A model generated the notes under the pieces. It was not told where the DNA came from. It searched no databases and was given only the letters and a program-made list of their open reading frames with translations. Both the position numbers and the translations under genes were made by a program. A stretch of 63,969 bases of DNA, counting the filler, from Blastocystis sp. subtype 4 (Eukaryota): NCBI RefSeq assembly GCF_000743755.1. It is 3 parts of 3 records of this genome, joined end to end, with 100 filler letters (N's around TTAATTAATTAA, not from the genome) between each part and the next. Parts side by side here need not be neighbours in the genome. Positions count along the whole stretch, not along the records: positions 1 to 25,865 come from NW_014569396.1; 2 more parts are not named here. One strand, written 5' to 3'. Of the stretch, positions 11,791 to 24,363 are shown in pieces; within the stretch, counting starts at the first letter, position 1; each line of letters begins with the position of its first letter.

Positions 11791-12406
11791 ACATACAATC
11801 ACTATCACACTTACCTTCCAGGACCGCTTGAAGAAGAGACACTACAAAGAGTTAGTGTTTGCATTCTCCACACATAGAATAACCCAAAAAAGTATTCTCA
11901 AGAGGAGGATAACGCAACATTTGGTCGTCTTGCGGCTCTCAGGTACCACAAACAATTACCCGGATTCCTATAACGACAAGCGCATCACTCTTGAAAAATA
12001 ACTCACAACACTTCAAAACCAAATACATACGTATCCAAGCACCTAGAATCCTTTCTACACCTTTGGACGTTCCAGATAATCAGTTGACATCAACTAGAGT
12101 ATTCAAGAACAAAAGAAAAATGAATGGAAATCGTGGAGAGGGAATGAATTCAATGACTGATAGTAGAATCCTTATTATCAGAAAATAGTTCCCAATAATG
12201 CTGTCATCATTTTAATTTACAGGATTCCAGAAGGAGATAGAAGTCCCTAAACAAAATAATTGGAACATTGTGGTACTATAGGAATGAAGTTGAAATCCTG
12301 TAATCACATTGTATAGACAACTGGATAGAATTCGCATCTATTTCTTTTAGCAACATAAATACAAATAGATAATAGGTAGAGAAAAGTTATTGACAAATAG
12401 AAAAGA

Positions 12407-12478
12407 TGAGGACAGGGTGATTCGAACACCCAACCTTTTGATCTGGAATCAAACGCGCTACCGTTGCGCCATGCCCTC
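12407..12478 (-). tRNA. trnW: tRNA-Trp(CCA)
   Basis: Cloverleaf GAGGGCA...TGTCCTCA, anticodon arm TTTGA-TT-CCA-GA-TCAAA, GTTCGAATC T-loop. Confidence 0.95.
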
Positions 12479-12558
12479 TCACAAGTTGTCTTCTATTTTT
12501 GTATATAAAGACATTCTTGTAAGTGAGAAGTGTTATTTCTTCACAACCATCCATCGAC

Positions 12559-14700
12559 ATGGCTAAGGGAGACGATAAGAAGAGTGTAACCATATATTGA
12601 AATGGGATGATGACTCTAGAAGACGGCATCTAGTGAGATGAAGCCATCAACTGGAAATCGAAAGGAGAAATCGGGAGGAAATCACTCAAAGGTACTATTT
12701 ATGGTTTGTAGATAAGTATTAGAAGATGGTTGAATGTAAATTCGGAGCAAAATGTACAAAGGGGAAGAATTGTCCCTTCTTACACACTCAAGTATTGCAT
12801 ATTATCCATACTTGTTATATTAGAAGGGAGAGAAGAAGGAACTTACTGGGAGAGAAGCCAAGAATGAGCAAAAGAAACTGCGAATGGAGAGGAAGATGAG
12901 AAAACCAGAGGGCGAACTTGTGTTTAAGGTAAGTATTGTGGTTGCTATTTGATGGGAAGGCAAAGGAAATCTGGAATCGACTCCGTCTTATCGATTTGGA
13001 TAAGAAGGAACGAGAAGTACTTGTTCTAAAGTTGACAAAACTTCTCGGTGGCAAGGTGGTTGATATTTGTTTGAAGCATGATGGAAGTCGTATTATTCAA
13101 TCTCTCTATAAGTATGGTACTCCAGAACAGCGTTCTGCCCTGACAGCTGAGCTACTGAAGTCTGTAGTTCCCATTTGCAAAACCAAACATGGTCGTTTCT
13201 TAGCCATATCAATGCTTCGTTACGGCTCAAAAAAGGATATTGAAGCATTCGTCGATGCAATTCGTGGTAAGCTCTTTTCAATGGCAACTCATCAAATTGC
13301 ATCAGTGGGATATAGGATTGATCGTTACTATGTAGCATGTGATTGAGTATGCATATGAAGAGATTCTCACAGCACGTCAGAGTTTCCTCCTGTTTGAAGT
13401 AATGATCCATTACAATTCTGATTCATAGGAATTATATCATCGTCAGTATATCAATGTGAAAGATACAGAAGCGGAATCAATTCATGATATTCTAAAGAAG
13501 GTTCCATTTCTCAAGAGTCAAATCATTGAAAACCTCTCAAATGTGATAACAAAGTTGGTTGGTTTATTCAGATTCTCTTCATTATTCAGATCAACAAGGG
13601 TCTTCTGGATCATTCTTATGCTCATAAATTGATATATGAGTTTATTCAGATAGCTGATCCAAAGGTGATCTTGTTCTTATTGGCTCATTGTTAGAGAGTG
13701 ATTATCTTAATGGATCAACTTGATACAGCCTTCCCAGCCTTATCAACAACAGCACTTGGTTCTAAAGCAGCGGTGGAAGGACTTAACTACTGTAACAATA
13801 AGGTATTATTTTGACAAATCCATTATTCGTAGAATAAGAAGAAGATTATCAAATCATACAAGGGTATTATTGTGGATACTTGTGTGCATCAGTTTGGGTA
13901 TTGAATGATTGAACAGATTAAGTCTCTAGATTTGCAATTATGATCAAATTGCTTTTCTGTGTGGATGATATGGTGATACTAACAAAGTCTGTCTTCTCTG
14001 AGATATCTCAAGGCTATGATCGTCTTCTTGCATCAAGTCGAGTAGCTTATAGTAAGAGAGTCTTAATAATAGGGTTGTCGTGTCCTTCTCTCTATCATTG
14101 CACCAAGTACGAAGTGATGAATATGTCTTGATCATAGAGTCTCGTCGTTACTTCTCTGACATGTCTTGGTTTGAAGTTCCTACGGTAGTTTCGTGACCTT
14201 CACATGAATTGTAGTTTACTATCAAGAACGATAAGGGAGAGAATGAAGAGATATGTACTGCAAAGAAGGACTATGATGTGCGTGTGAAGGAATTACAGGC
14301 CAAGTTGAATTTAACTCCTGTCTTACTGGATTCTGCATCAATCATAGCTTCTAATCCGAAGGCTGTTCCTGTTTTGATGGAGTGTAGAACTGAGAGACCT
14401 TGGTGAAGCATAGATATGAAATTGACTGATGAGGAAACTCAGGAGAAACTGGCTGCTGTGCGAGTGGAAGCTCAAAAGATTGCTGCTGATCCGAATCTTC
14501 AGAAGCAAGAGGAGGAAAGTGAGCAGATCCAGAAGAAGGAAAGCGAAGAAGAGGAAGACGATGAAGAGAGAGAGGATGATGAGGAAGAAGAAGACGGTGA
14601 AGAGGATGATGGAGAAGATGACGACGAGGAAGAAGTCAATGAAGATGGAACAGCCGAGGAAGGCGACAGCGACGAGGATATGGAAGAGGAATCACAATAA
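12559..14700 (+). CDS. PUF6: Puf6/PUM3 (Puf-A) ribosome biogenesis RNA-binding protein
   Basis: KEIWNRLR...KHDGSRIIQSLYKYGT..QR..L..EL, VDDMVILTKSVFSE; acidic tail; N-terminal CCCH finger. Confidence 0.85.
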
Positions 14701-14814
14701 GTTGTTTATTCATTGTGTTTTTTCTACACATCATCAAGTAATAAGATAGATAAACCTTTCTTGGTTTTCTAAATCTTCTGTTTAAATAATGTAAGTAAGG
14801 ACCCCTTACAAGAA

Positions 14815-14898
14815 GCACGTTTGCCCGAGTGGTCTAAGGGGGTAGACTCAAGTTCTACTGTACAGGAGTACTCGTGGGTTCAAATCCCACAGCGTGCA
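14815..14898 (+). tRNA. trnL: tRNA-Leu(CAA)
   Basis: GCACGTT...AGCGTGCA, CCGAGTGGTCTAAGG D-arm, GTAGA-CT-CAA-GT-TCTAC, long variable arm. Confidence 0.95.
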
Positions 14899-14977
14899 TG
14901 TTTCTTTTGGGAACAAACCTTTCCTTGATTTGTGAATTTTTACCAAATGTATTAATTCTTAGATTAGAGGTAAATTA

Positions 14978-16594
14978 ATGTCTCTTCAGGAAGGGTATCA
15001 GTTCTTTTTATATCTAAATGATGGTTCGAGAAGATGTGGATATGCTCTCAAGTCAGGGTATGTATTTGATTTGATTCTTCTAAGGAAATAGCGAAATCAA
15101 GCTCCATCGCAAGCATTATCCCGTTTCAGATCTTATTGGGCATCCATATGGTACTGTCTTTGAAGTTCAAGGCAGACATTTGATTCCTGTAGACCAGCCT
15201 TTGATTCCTGTTGATGTAGCGGATGGTTAGAGCATATTTTTTGTGTGACGGTTTAGTGGATGTGAATGATGAGAATGATAATCGCGAATTGATTGATGAT
15301 GTCTCACATCAGACACTCCAACAGGAGGACATCGAAAAGATGAGAAAGGATGGAGTCAGTGGCCATGTGATCATCCAGGAGTTGGCATCTAGTAGTATTT
15401 CGTTTGAAGGCAAAACGGATTTCTCCAAAAAGAAGTATCTAAAGAAGAAATCCGAGAAGTATATCATGCGCTGTATGCTAGTAGAGGCGAATTCACAAAC
15501 GGTCTGTGAACAACAATACATGAAACTTCCTGTTAAGTTGAAGTCATTTTGATGGAATATTATCATACTTAGTTACCTTCGTTTTGATACTCTCGCTTAT
15601 ATGCTCTCAGTAGCGAATATCCAAAGTGGTCAACGTGTGATGGTATTTGATGATTGCATGGGAATTGTTGTTGGGAGTATAATGGAGCGTTTAGGAGGTT
15701 ATGGATTGGTATTTGCTGTAAATGAACACGAGAATCGAATTCCTGCATATGACTGTGTGAATCGTCTTAATTTCAATGTGATTGTGGATAACAACACATA
15801 TATTGTGGACCATGAAGGAACCCATTCTACAGAAGATGAACCACAAGAGACATGTCCTCTAACTCTTGCAGATTATCAAAGTAATATTCGTAATACTCTC
15901 TTGATTTGGCATATGTCTGATCTCTTAAAGATTCAACCTTATAGTATGTGATTCGTCTGTGTTCATTATGATAGATCATTTCGAAACTTCTCCTAATCTC
16001 GATATTCCTTTGCCTCTTCCACTTCATGTACCTTCCTCAAGAACTATCTATGTTCCTGCTAAGCTCTATCACACAGGTACTGGACTCCCTATGATTCATA
16101 AAGATGGTACTCCTCTGAGTGATGCTGAGCTGATCAATGTCTTTAAGAAACGGCAGGATCGAAAACTACGGGATGCATGGCAACCGTCAATAGAGGCTCA
16201 AGAGGAGATGCTACGTCAAGGAATGAATAGTCTTGTGGTTGCTTCTAATAACCCCTTGCAAGATGTACCACGAATGCTACCATATCTGGCACCTTCAGGT
16301 ATTTTAGTGGTCTATTCGCAGTACCAGACTCTGCTAGCAGAGTTGTTTGCAGGATTAAAACGCAGTGGCCAGTGGATCAATATTACAATGAGTGAGAACT
16401 TCATGAGAAAGTACCAGGTTTTGCCAATGAGAACACATCCATATATGAATATGTATAACAATAGTGGATTTGTTCTCACTGCTACAAGGGTTTTGAATAC
16501 AAATGGACCGGATAACTCCAAAGAGATGAGTGGTATCCGAACAGGAGCTTCTTTTGCCTCCTCTCTCAAGAAGAAGAAACTGAAGTTGATGTGA
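14978..16594 (+). CDS. TRM6: tRNA m1A58 methyltransferase non-catalytic subunit
   Basis: LIGHPYGTVFEV, DNRELIDD...QTLQQEDIE, FEGKTDFSKKKYLKKK, LRFDTL, RKYQVLPMRTHPYM...GFVLTA. Confidence 0.92.
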
Positions 16595-16646
16595 GATCCT
16601 TAATATGTTTCGTTTTAAATACCATATAGGATAAGATGCAATAGGT

Positions 16647-16719
16647 GCCTCAATAGCTCAGTCGGTAGAGCACTCGCTTAGTAAGCGAAAGGTCGGGAGT
16701 TCGATCCTCCCTTGAGGCT
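16647..16719 (+). tRNA. trnT: tRNA-Thr(AGT)
   Basis: GCCTCAA...TTGAGGCT, CTCGC-TT-AGT-AA-GCGAA, GTTCGATCC, followed by an oligo-T terminator. Confidence 0.95.
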
Positions 16720-16828
16720 TTTTTGTTTGTTTCTATTATTCATTAGAAAGAGTGAGAATCCAGTTAGCAATGTTTTTGCAGTTTTACAGTCATCCATCGT
16801 TAATCACATTTGAATCTGACTAAAGACT

Positions 16829-18664
16829 ATGTATGTAATTTTGAAAGCTTTAGAGGGTCCTTATGCCGGAAAGACGCGTACCATCCTTCTAAAAGCACCG
16901 AAATACACATGTCGTTTTGGACGAACTGTAAGCGATCGTAGATCCTTTTACTGAATACAATCACCTATTAGAAGAATTTCTATTAGATGAGGATCCCGAA
17001 ATCAGTGGACATCATGCGACATTTAAATGGAATGTTGAGAAAGACTGTCTTCAAATTCGGGATGAGCACAGCTTTAATGGAACGGCATTGGATTCAAAAG
17101 TATTGGAACCAGGAAAGAGTTATTCTGTTGTTGATGGAAGCGTTCTATTTGCTGGAAAGTCCAAGTTCTTAGTATGTATAAAGGAACACTTAGAAGATTC
17201 AAAGGAAAAGGAGAAAGAACCGAGTGGAACTAAAGAGGGTGATTGTTCTAATGAGGTGCCACCAGCTCTATATTGTCCTATTTGTTTCCGCGATCTTCAT
17301 TCAATGACACTCACAGGTCGAACTCAGCATGTGAACAACTGTCTAGGAGGACGAGAGGATTCTAAGGTGTGTTCGACCATTGAATCTAACAAGTAGAAGA
17401 ACCAGGAAGAAGCGATCCCAGAAACGACCTATATTGCAAAAGCCCGTCAACTGTCTAGCGAAGATAATTTCGAGTTGTTCTCATATGTTGGTTTGATTGA
17501 TAGTAAAATGAGTGTTCCTCAACTTTCTGGCCTCATTCAACGTATGGAAGATGCTAAGGCAAAATTAGAGGTGAGAGAAGGATGTGGTAATTAGAGCTAG
17601 ATCCAGCTTCAAAAGGCCCGTGTGATCTTCTATCGCAAACGTTCGGCTGAGATCCTGCAGCGTCCCTTCTTGCAACACACTTCATCATCAGGAGTCCAGG
17701 AGGATCCAGGGACAGCTATTGATATGATGTTCACACAGACAAGTGAATGTAGTCAGGCCATGAATCTCTCATCTTCTTCGATTCAGGCTCGTCTCACAGG
17801 AGGTAGAACTATGTGGTGGAACTGAAGAATAGCCACACTAATCCCAGAGACAACCCCAAAATCAAAGCGGCAATGTATAGACTCTGATGTTCTGAATCCA
17901 GAGTCCAGCGATGATAGTATTCTCGGTACACCGCTTCAGACACCCACACGAAGTCGACGGAGTTCACTACCTACATCTCCTTCTCGAGGTGTTCCGCGTC
18001 TAACTTCTCGTCGCTCCAGTATTCTGGTTACACCCACAAAAGCCCCAGTATCTCCTCGGCCACTTTATCTCTCGCAGCTAGAACGCAGTCAGAGACTCCA
18101 GTTCTTCATGAAACAAATCCCTCCAGATCTTCCAGCTGCTGAGATTCGCACCCAAATCAAGACATTTTTAAGCCAGTCGCTGAATGAAATCCGAGAATCC
18201 CACGAAAGTCTCCAAGAACAATTAAACGCAACAACGGATGAACAGAAGAAGAATATGCTGGAGTTTCTCCTGAAGATCACGGAAGACCTGATTACAGAAC
18301 TGGAGACCATCAAAGAGACGCCGACACGAAATCGAAGAGTAACAATAGGCGACACGTCCCTCACATCACCTTTGAAAAGTCCCCAGAAGTCTCTTCCTGC
18401 AGATCTTGTTTCTCCATCAAAAGGGCTTAGTCGGCGACCTATGGTCTCGGAAGATACTGTGAATCGGGTAAAAGCAGCCATCGAGAAGGATCACGGTTTG
18501 TCGTATCTAGTTTCAACAAAGCAGATTGTCTCGTTTGATAAACTTGCTTCTTGTGTATGGATTGGGAGTTTGTTTGAGTATAGGTTCGTCGCTCCATCCC
18601 TTCATTGTCTTCAGAGTCTATAAAACTTGTGTTCGATAGCGAGGGAATTAAATACTCGCTCTAG
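16829..18664 (+). CDS. FHA + UBZ4 zinc finger + SLX4-like C-terminal domain protein
   Basis: N-terminal FHA (RFGR...ISGHHA...S.NGT); CPICFRDLHSMTLTGRTQHVNNCL; spliced C-terminus VKAAIEKDHGLSYLVSTKQIVSFDKL...IKLVFDSEGIKYSL ending at TAG 18662-18664. Confidence 0.65.
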
Positions 18665-18827
18665 AGACTGTTTGTTCTGTATGTACAAACGATTCCACAT
18701 TAGTTGTCAATCCCGCGGTTATTTGGAAATTCAACGATTTGAATTCAAGTATCACATCCAAAAGAGATTGTATTTCTTTTTCCCCAGTAGTTGTATAACA
18801 TCTAGAAATACGAAATCCAACAATATA

Positions 18828-19813
18828 ATGGAAGCTGTTCCTGTTGATTCCAAGGTGGTTCCGGAGGCTGCTCCTATCACTGATCCGGTGCCTCCCACGT
18901 AAGTGTAGAGTGATATGGAAGTGACTTGTAGTGAAGCTCCTTCTACAGAGGTTGCTGCTCCAATTCCAGAGACTGCTGGAACTGAGGTTCCCAACAATAA
19001 GCCTTCCGAAGAGACCAAGATGGAGGGAACTGCTGCTAACACGAAGCAGACGGTATTTGGTTGTTTGTCAGTTTTGATGGGGAATAGACTCAGACCACTC
19101 AAGAGGTAGAGGAACAAGAAGAGGATGAGTATATGGAGGAGGACGAAGAAGAAGAACTCCTTCCGGAGGATGATGAGTGGATTTCAGATGAGGAGCCATA
19201 TGTAGGTGTCCTTGATCTTTCTTATTCTAGTCTCGCAAACGTAGTCGAAAGTCACAAATGAGCGAAAGTGAAGAGGAAGATGATGAAGAATATGGAAGAG
19301 CCAAGAAGAGAAAGATTGTGCCCATTAAGAAGCCTGTGAGAAGAAACTTGACTGCTAATGAGCCAGCTGGAATGAAGGCTCTCCGTGATTACACGTCGGC
19401 ACTGAAACTGGGGTCTTGAATTCTGGTTTTACATGATCTGTAGACCTCGTTGCTTCCGTAACCTCACCAAGATCTCCAATGTCAAGGAACGCGAAATGGA
19501 GCTGATCCGACGTCTTCATGATAATGGCCGTCAATGGGAAGGTGAATATCCCACTCCTAAGGAGGTAATCATGAGAACTGGAATGTCATGATAGATCGAA
19601 GATGCAAAGGAGGAGACGCGTGCCAAGAAGGCTGAGAAGGCAAGGCAATATATCCTAGAGGAAGAAGTTACGGGTCTGAGGACTTCCAGAAAGGCTGCTC
19701 AGAAGGCTCGTGACTTTGTAAAAACTCTTGGAGAGGAAGAGTCTGAAGAGGATACGAAGGATGAGGAGATTGATGCGGAGTCTGTTGAGGATGAGTCTAA
19801 GGATGAGGAATAA
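18828..19813 (+). CDS. Acidic nuclear protein, possibly HIRIP3/CHZ-like histone chaperone
   Basis: Glu/Asp tracts, KKRK NLS, helical core GMKALRDYTSALKLGPRCF...LIRRLHDNG..WEGEYPT.KEIEDAKE. Confidence 0.45.
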
Positions 19814-19939
19814 ATCCCTTTTCAGTCTTTTGTTCGATTGTTATGATATTGTGATATGTTTTTTTACGTAAACTGGGTTTGAAAGTTGAGTGCAAAACGA
19901 ATCTTTGTGGAGTTGTAGAAGTATTTTCACAGGTTATTC

Positions 19940-20980
19940 ATGATGAATGATATCAAAGGATCACGATGTATGATTACAAGTATCATTCTAGCCAATACAT
20001 TGTTCATTCTCTCTCCAAGTACAACTTTTTTCTTAATCTGTTGTATTCGTTTTGGCCTTCGCTTTTCTACTCCAGGAATCTTCTGGATCTTTGTAGGTTT
20101 TCATTGTGACTCTTATCTGTAGTCATCAAGCTTATTGGGTATTATTAGCTTTATTTTGTCGATTCCGTATGCTATCAAGTGCTTTTCTTACTTTACATTC
20201 AAGACGTTGTCATCCGAAACATGACTAATGTGTAGGTGTAGAGCTAAAGTATACTCGTTTCTTCACACGGTCGTTTGTATACTCCAGTTCCTGATATTAC
20301 TCCTCGGAACCATTAAGATGGGTTTCTGGAGTGGAGAGCATTCCTATGCTTATTGCCTTATATTAATGATCTTGGAATGGGTATTCTTCCCTTTGTATAT
20401 GATAGTTGTAATTACATGTGAGGCTGTCTTCAAAATACGTGTGAAACACTTTGAATCGGATAGAGCCCTAAATTCCATGGCAGATCCGTCGCATGTTCCC
20501 ACTTGTTGTTGTCAATCTGAAATTGGACAAGAAGATTGCTGTCACTGTTGTGAATTGTGTTGTACGGGATATGAAGTCGATCCGAATCGAAAACGCTTCA
20601 ACAATTCGGTCTGTTGTGATGGTTGTTGCAATTGTTGTATCGATTGCTGTATCGAGTGTTGCGGAGAAGCTAATCGTCCCCTTCCTCCAGGAGTTACGGA
20701 AAACGATGTTGTTTATATTACTGGAAATCATCGTGTTGTATATATGCCATATAGTCAGAATGTACCGATGACTCCTCTCTTAGTCAACTCTGATATCCCC
20801 GTGGCAATTCCTGCCTCTCAAGTGCAACCCATTGAGTATAAGCCGGTTGTGTTTTATTCCGATATGAATAACCAACAGCCGAATCCCCCTGTCTATTTGA
20901 TTCCATCGAACATTCCGAATCAAACTACTTTCTATCAGAATACAGCCGCTCCTGTCGTGATGGTTCGCGACTCGAACTAG
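19940..20980 (+). CDS. Multi-TM protein with Cys-rich cytoplasmic domain, paralogue 1
   Basis: Hydrophobic exons, then CCC...CC.CC..CC.GYEVDPNRKRFNNSVCCDGCCNCCIDCCIECCG; TGTTTGTT at 20994. Confidence 0.7.
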
Positions 20981-21047
20981 CCTTTGTAGTATTTGTTTGT
21001 TAAGATATCTTATGTTTCAATCAGTAATTCATCTGTTTGTACTAAGA

Positions 21048-22311
21048 ATGGCAGGCAGTGTAGTTGATGATACGATTGGAGGGTCGTCGTGTCTGATATC
21101 TATCCTATTGACCTTTAACACGATGCTAAATCTCTGTCACCCTCTTACATTCCTCTTGATATGTTTTTTGAGGCTTCGACTCTCTCTACATTATCCTGGT
21201 GTTCTCTGGCTGCTTGTACGTCTTGAGATTACTGTTTTCCCTAGATCAACTGTACTATTGGTATTTGCCAATTCTTTGTCATGTCAAGTTTTACGTTCAG
21301 ACATTTCAAGAATAATATCTCCCATAAGTATGAATGGTTCGCTGGTTATATATAGGAAACTGACTGTTTGTAGCTCCTTGTCGTTTTATTTGTTTTTTGC
21401 TATTCAGTTGTGTTCGATGATAGTGGGTTCTGCGAAGTATCGAAAGTGGAGTAATATCGGAACTCACAAGTTTCATAGCATTTATCTAGTTTATATGATT
21501 CTTTCTTGGTCTTTTCTGGGTGCTCTTATTATTGTAACTATGATCTGTTGTTATCGTTTCTCTTTATGATTTCTAGGCATGATTATTTATCTTGTCCGAA
21601 CGAAACGAGCATCCGGAAGCAGAAGTCCACTCCTAGATGAAGATGAGTCAAGAAGATCGTGTTGTTGTTGTTGCCATACGAATGGAGAGAAAGAGTGTTG
21701 TAGTCGCTGTGGCCATTGCTGTCTTGGATACGAAGTGGATCCGAATCGGCAGCGTATCAACAATTCATGTTGCTGCGATAACTGCTGTTCTTGTTGTATC
21801 GACTGTTGTGTGGACTGTTGTGGTGACAAGCTCAGAGTATTTCCTGAAGGTGTTACTGAAGCAGACATCGTGTATGCGAGTCCAAGTCATCGAATCATCT
21901 ATCAGCCTGATCCCAATGCTCCTGTTACAATGAGTAATCATCCGCCGACATCTGAATCGTTTGAGGGTCTTGCTGGAGTTGGTACCTTGGGAAATCGACA
22001 TTATGTGTATGGATTGGTGAGTATATGAATTCATAGACCTGCTGTATTCTATTCAGATTTGAACAATACGGCAGTGAGGTTGAATGATAGAGATCATTTG
22101 TAGGCAGGTACGAAGACACCATTGTACATCATTCCAGCGGATATTCCCAATCAACAGACGTTATTTTCAACAACAATGGCACCTGTGGTACCAATTAGTA
22201 GTGTGACAGCTCCTCAGGAATCTTCTTCAGTTGAACCTCCTGTGGTAGTTCAGGCAGCAGAAGAGCTGCAATATGTAATAATTGATGGTCAAAAGTACAT
22301 TATGCGTACAT
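21048..22311 (+). CDS. Multi-TM protein with Cys-rich cytoplasmic domain, paralogue 2
   Basis: Same layout as paralogue 1 (GYEVDPNRQRINNSCCCDNCCSCCIDCCVDCCG; YIIPADIPNQQT). Predicted poly(A)-made stop at 22311. Confidence 0.7.
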
Positions 22312-22334
22312 ATCATGTTTTGAAACAAACACAT

Positions 22335-24363
22335 CTATTCCTGCAAACAAGGGAATGTACGATAGAGATGATTCACAGGTCCTTGTTTTCCCTTGCCGGT
22401 ATGAAGGAAACGGCTTGCCATCACAGCACCATTCACATAATCCTTAGCTTCCTTGACAGCATCTTCAACAGAAAGACCCTTGGCCAATCCCGCAGCAATG
22501 GATGATGCAAGTGTACATCCAGTACCATGGGTATTACGAGTATGCACATAAGGGACCTCGAAAAGTTCGTAGTCACCCTTATCGCCATGACAGAATACAT
22601 CAAGAGCCTTATCTGTTCCTTCCACCATTCCTCCCTTCAAATACACATTTGGACAACCAATCTTCTGGAGTTCCTTGCAGGCTTCAATCAATCCCTCCTT
22701 TGTATGGGGAATACTTCTCTCCAGAAGTTTCTGGGCCTCGAAGAAGTTAGGTGTGATGATGAGGGCCTTCGGAATCAGCTCCGCCTTCACAACAGGAATC
22801 GTAGCATCATCCATAATTTTGTGGCCACTTCGGCAGATCATGCAAGGATCTACCACCACCGTCTTCACCTTATACTCTTCCAACTTACGAGCCACCAGAT
22901 GGGCTACATCCTTGCTTCCCAGCATTCCTGTCTTAATACAATCGATGCGGAAGTCACGCATCACAGAGTCAATCTGCTTCTCAATGAACTCCAAAGGAAG
23001 CAGATATACATCCTGACAACCCTGTGTATTCTGAGCAGTCATAGCAGTGAAAGCAGTAGTGGAGAAAACACCCAGAGCAGCACAGGCCTTCATATCAGCC
23101 TGCATACCAGCACCACCACCAGAATCAGATCCAGCAATAATTAGAGCAGTAGGAAGACGATCAAAGTGCTGCTTCGGATAGAAAGCAGGACCCATCAGCA
23201 TCATGCCCAATTCGAACAAATCCTCGACGAAGAAAACAGTATCCTTCGGCAGAGAAGTCAAACTGAAGCCTCCACAAGTCAACAAACGACGCACCTTCAG
23301 GCCATAGCTCTCCACAGCGGTAATCTCACTAGTGGAAGGAGCCACGAGCACAGCAACGGATGCCTTCAACAACTGAGGTAATTGACAGAAAGAACCATAA
23401 GCGAGGGATACCTCTTCACCCTCCTTGAGATCAGCCAAGTCAATTATCGTCTTCGCATACTCTACACCCATCTCCTGGATCTTTGCATCCAGCTTCTTTC
23501 TCTTCTCACATTCCTTCTTCTCACGAGGGGCCAGATTCTCGACAAAAGCAACCAGTCCTTCCTTGTCCACCTTTCCTTCACTGACATGAGAACACTCCAC
23601 TTCTCCCATAACACAAGACACATCACCATGAGCCACTAAAAAGATATTGCTGGTGGAGAGAGCAGGAACATGAGACTGCTGGTTGAAGAACTCAAACTCC
23701 AAACGCATGGCCTCAGAGTAGTAGAAGGACAATGATTCCTTGTTATCCTCTGTAGCAATCTCATCGATAATCTTCTCCAACAACGCCGTATTCTTCTCGA
23801 TTCCCTCAGCTGAATACACATCAATCCACTCCGAATACTGATGATGATGATCGGGAATAGCCTTCTTGATCTCACGACCAATGAAAGCATACAGTTTGTT
23901 ACATGGGCAGATAGCCGCGGCAATATCAGCAAGCGTTCCCTCAGTGTATGCCTTTGTCAACAACGCAGTGTATCCCTCAGTAGCACGAAGAATTTGAGCC
24001 TGCTCAATCTTCTCTCCACGCTCAGCAGCACGCTTACGATGCTTGTTCTTCTCTTCCACGATTCCCTTAATCATCTCCGTAAAGTAGTTCTCGTACTCCT
24101 TGTTGCCAGCAGCAGCACTGAGCTCAGCAGCTTTCTTGTATGCCTTCTCGTACACACTACAAATCAAAAACACTTCGTAGCCTATACTCAAGATAGTAAG
24201 AGTCCTGCTGGATGTATTCCACAAACGATGCTTGTGGAAGAGTCCCAGTTGCTAGACCGATGACAAAAGGATTATAACTAGAGATTATCTCATGACACTA
24301 CCAATACAGAGATGCAAGAGCATCGTGATAATTGTTCTCCCACAGTTGGGCACTGAAAGACAT
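22335..24363 (-). CDS. TenA (thiaminase II) - degenerate HAD - ThiD (HMP/HMP-P kinase) fusion
   Basis: [12 protein letters not shown]...[30 protein letters not shown] (TenA); [33 protein letters not shown] (ThiD). Two 5' introns; ATG at 24363. Confidence 0.93.

Noticed and set aside
10780..12188. Short plus-strand ORFs in the snoRNA region
   Set aside because: No recognisable protein features; antisense to structured RNAs.
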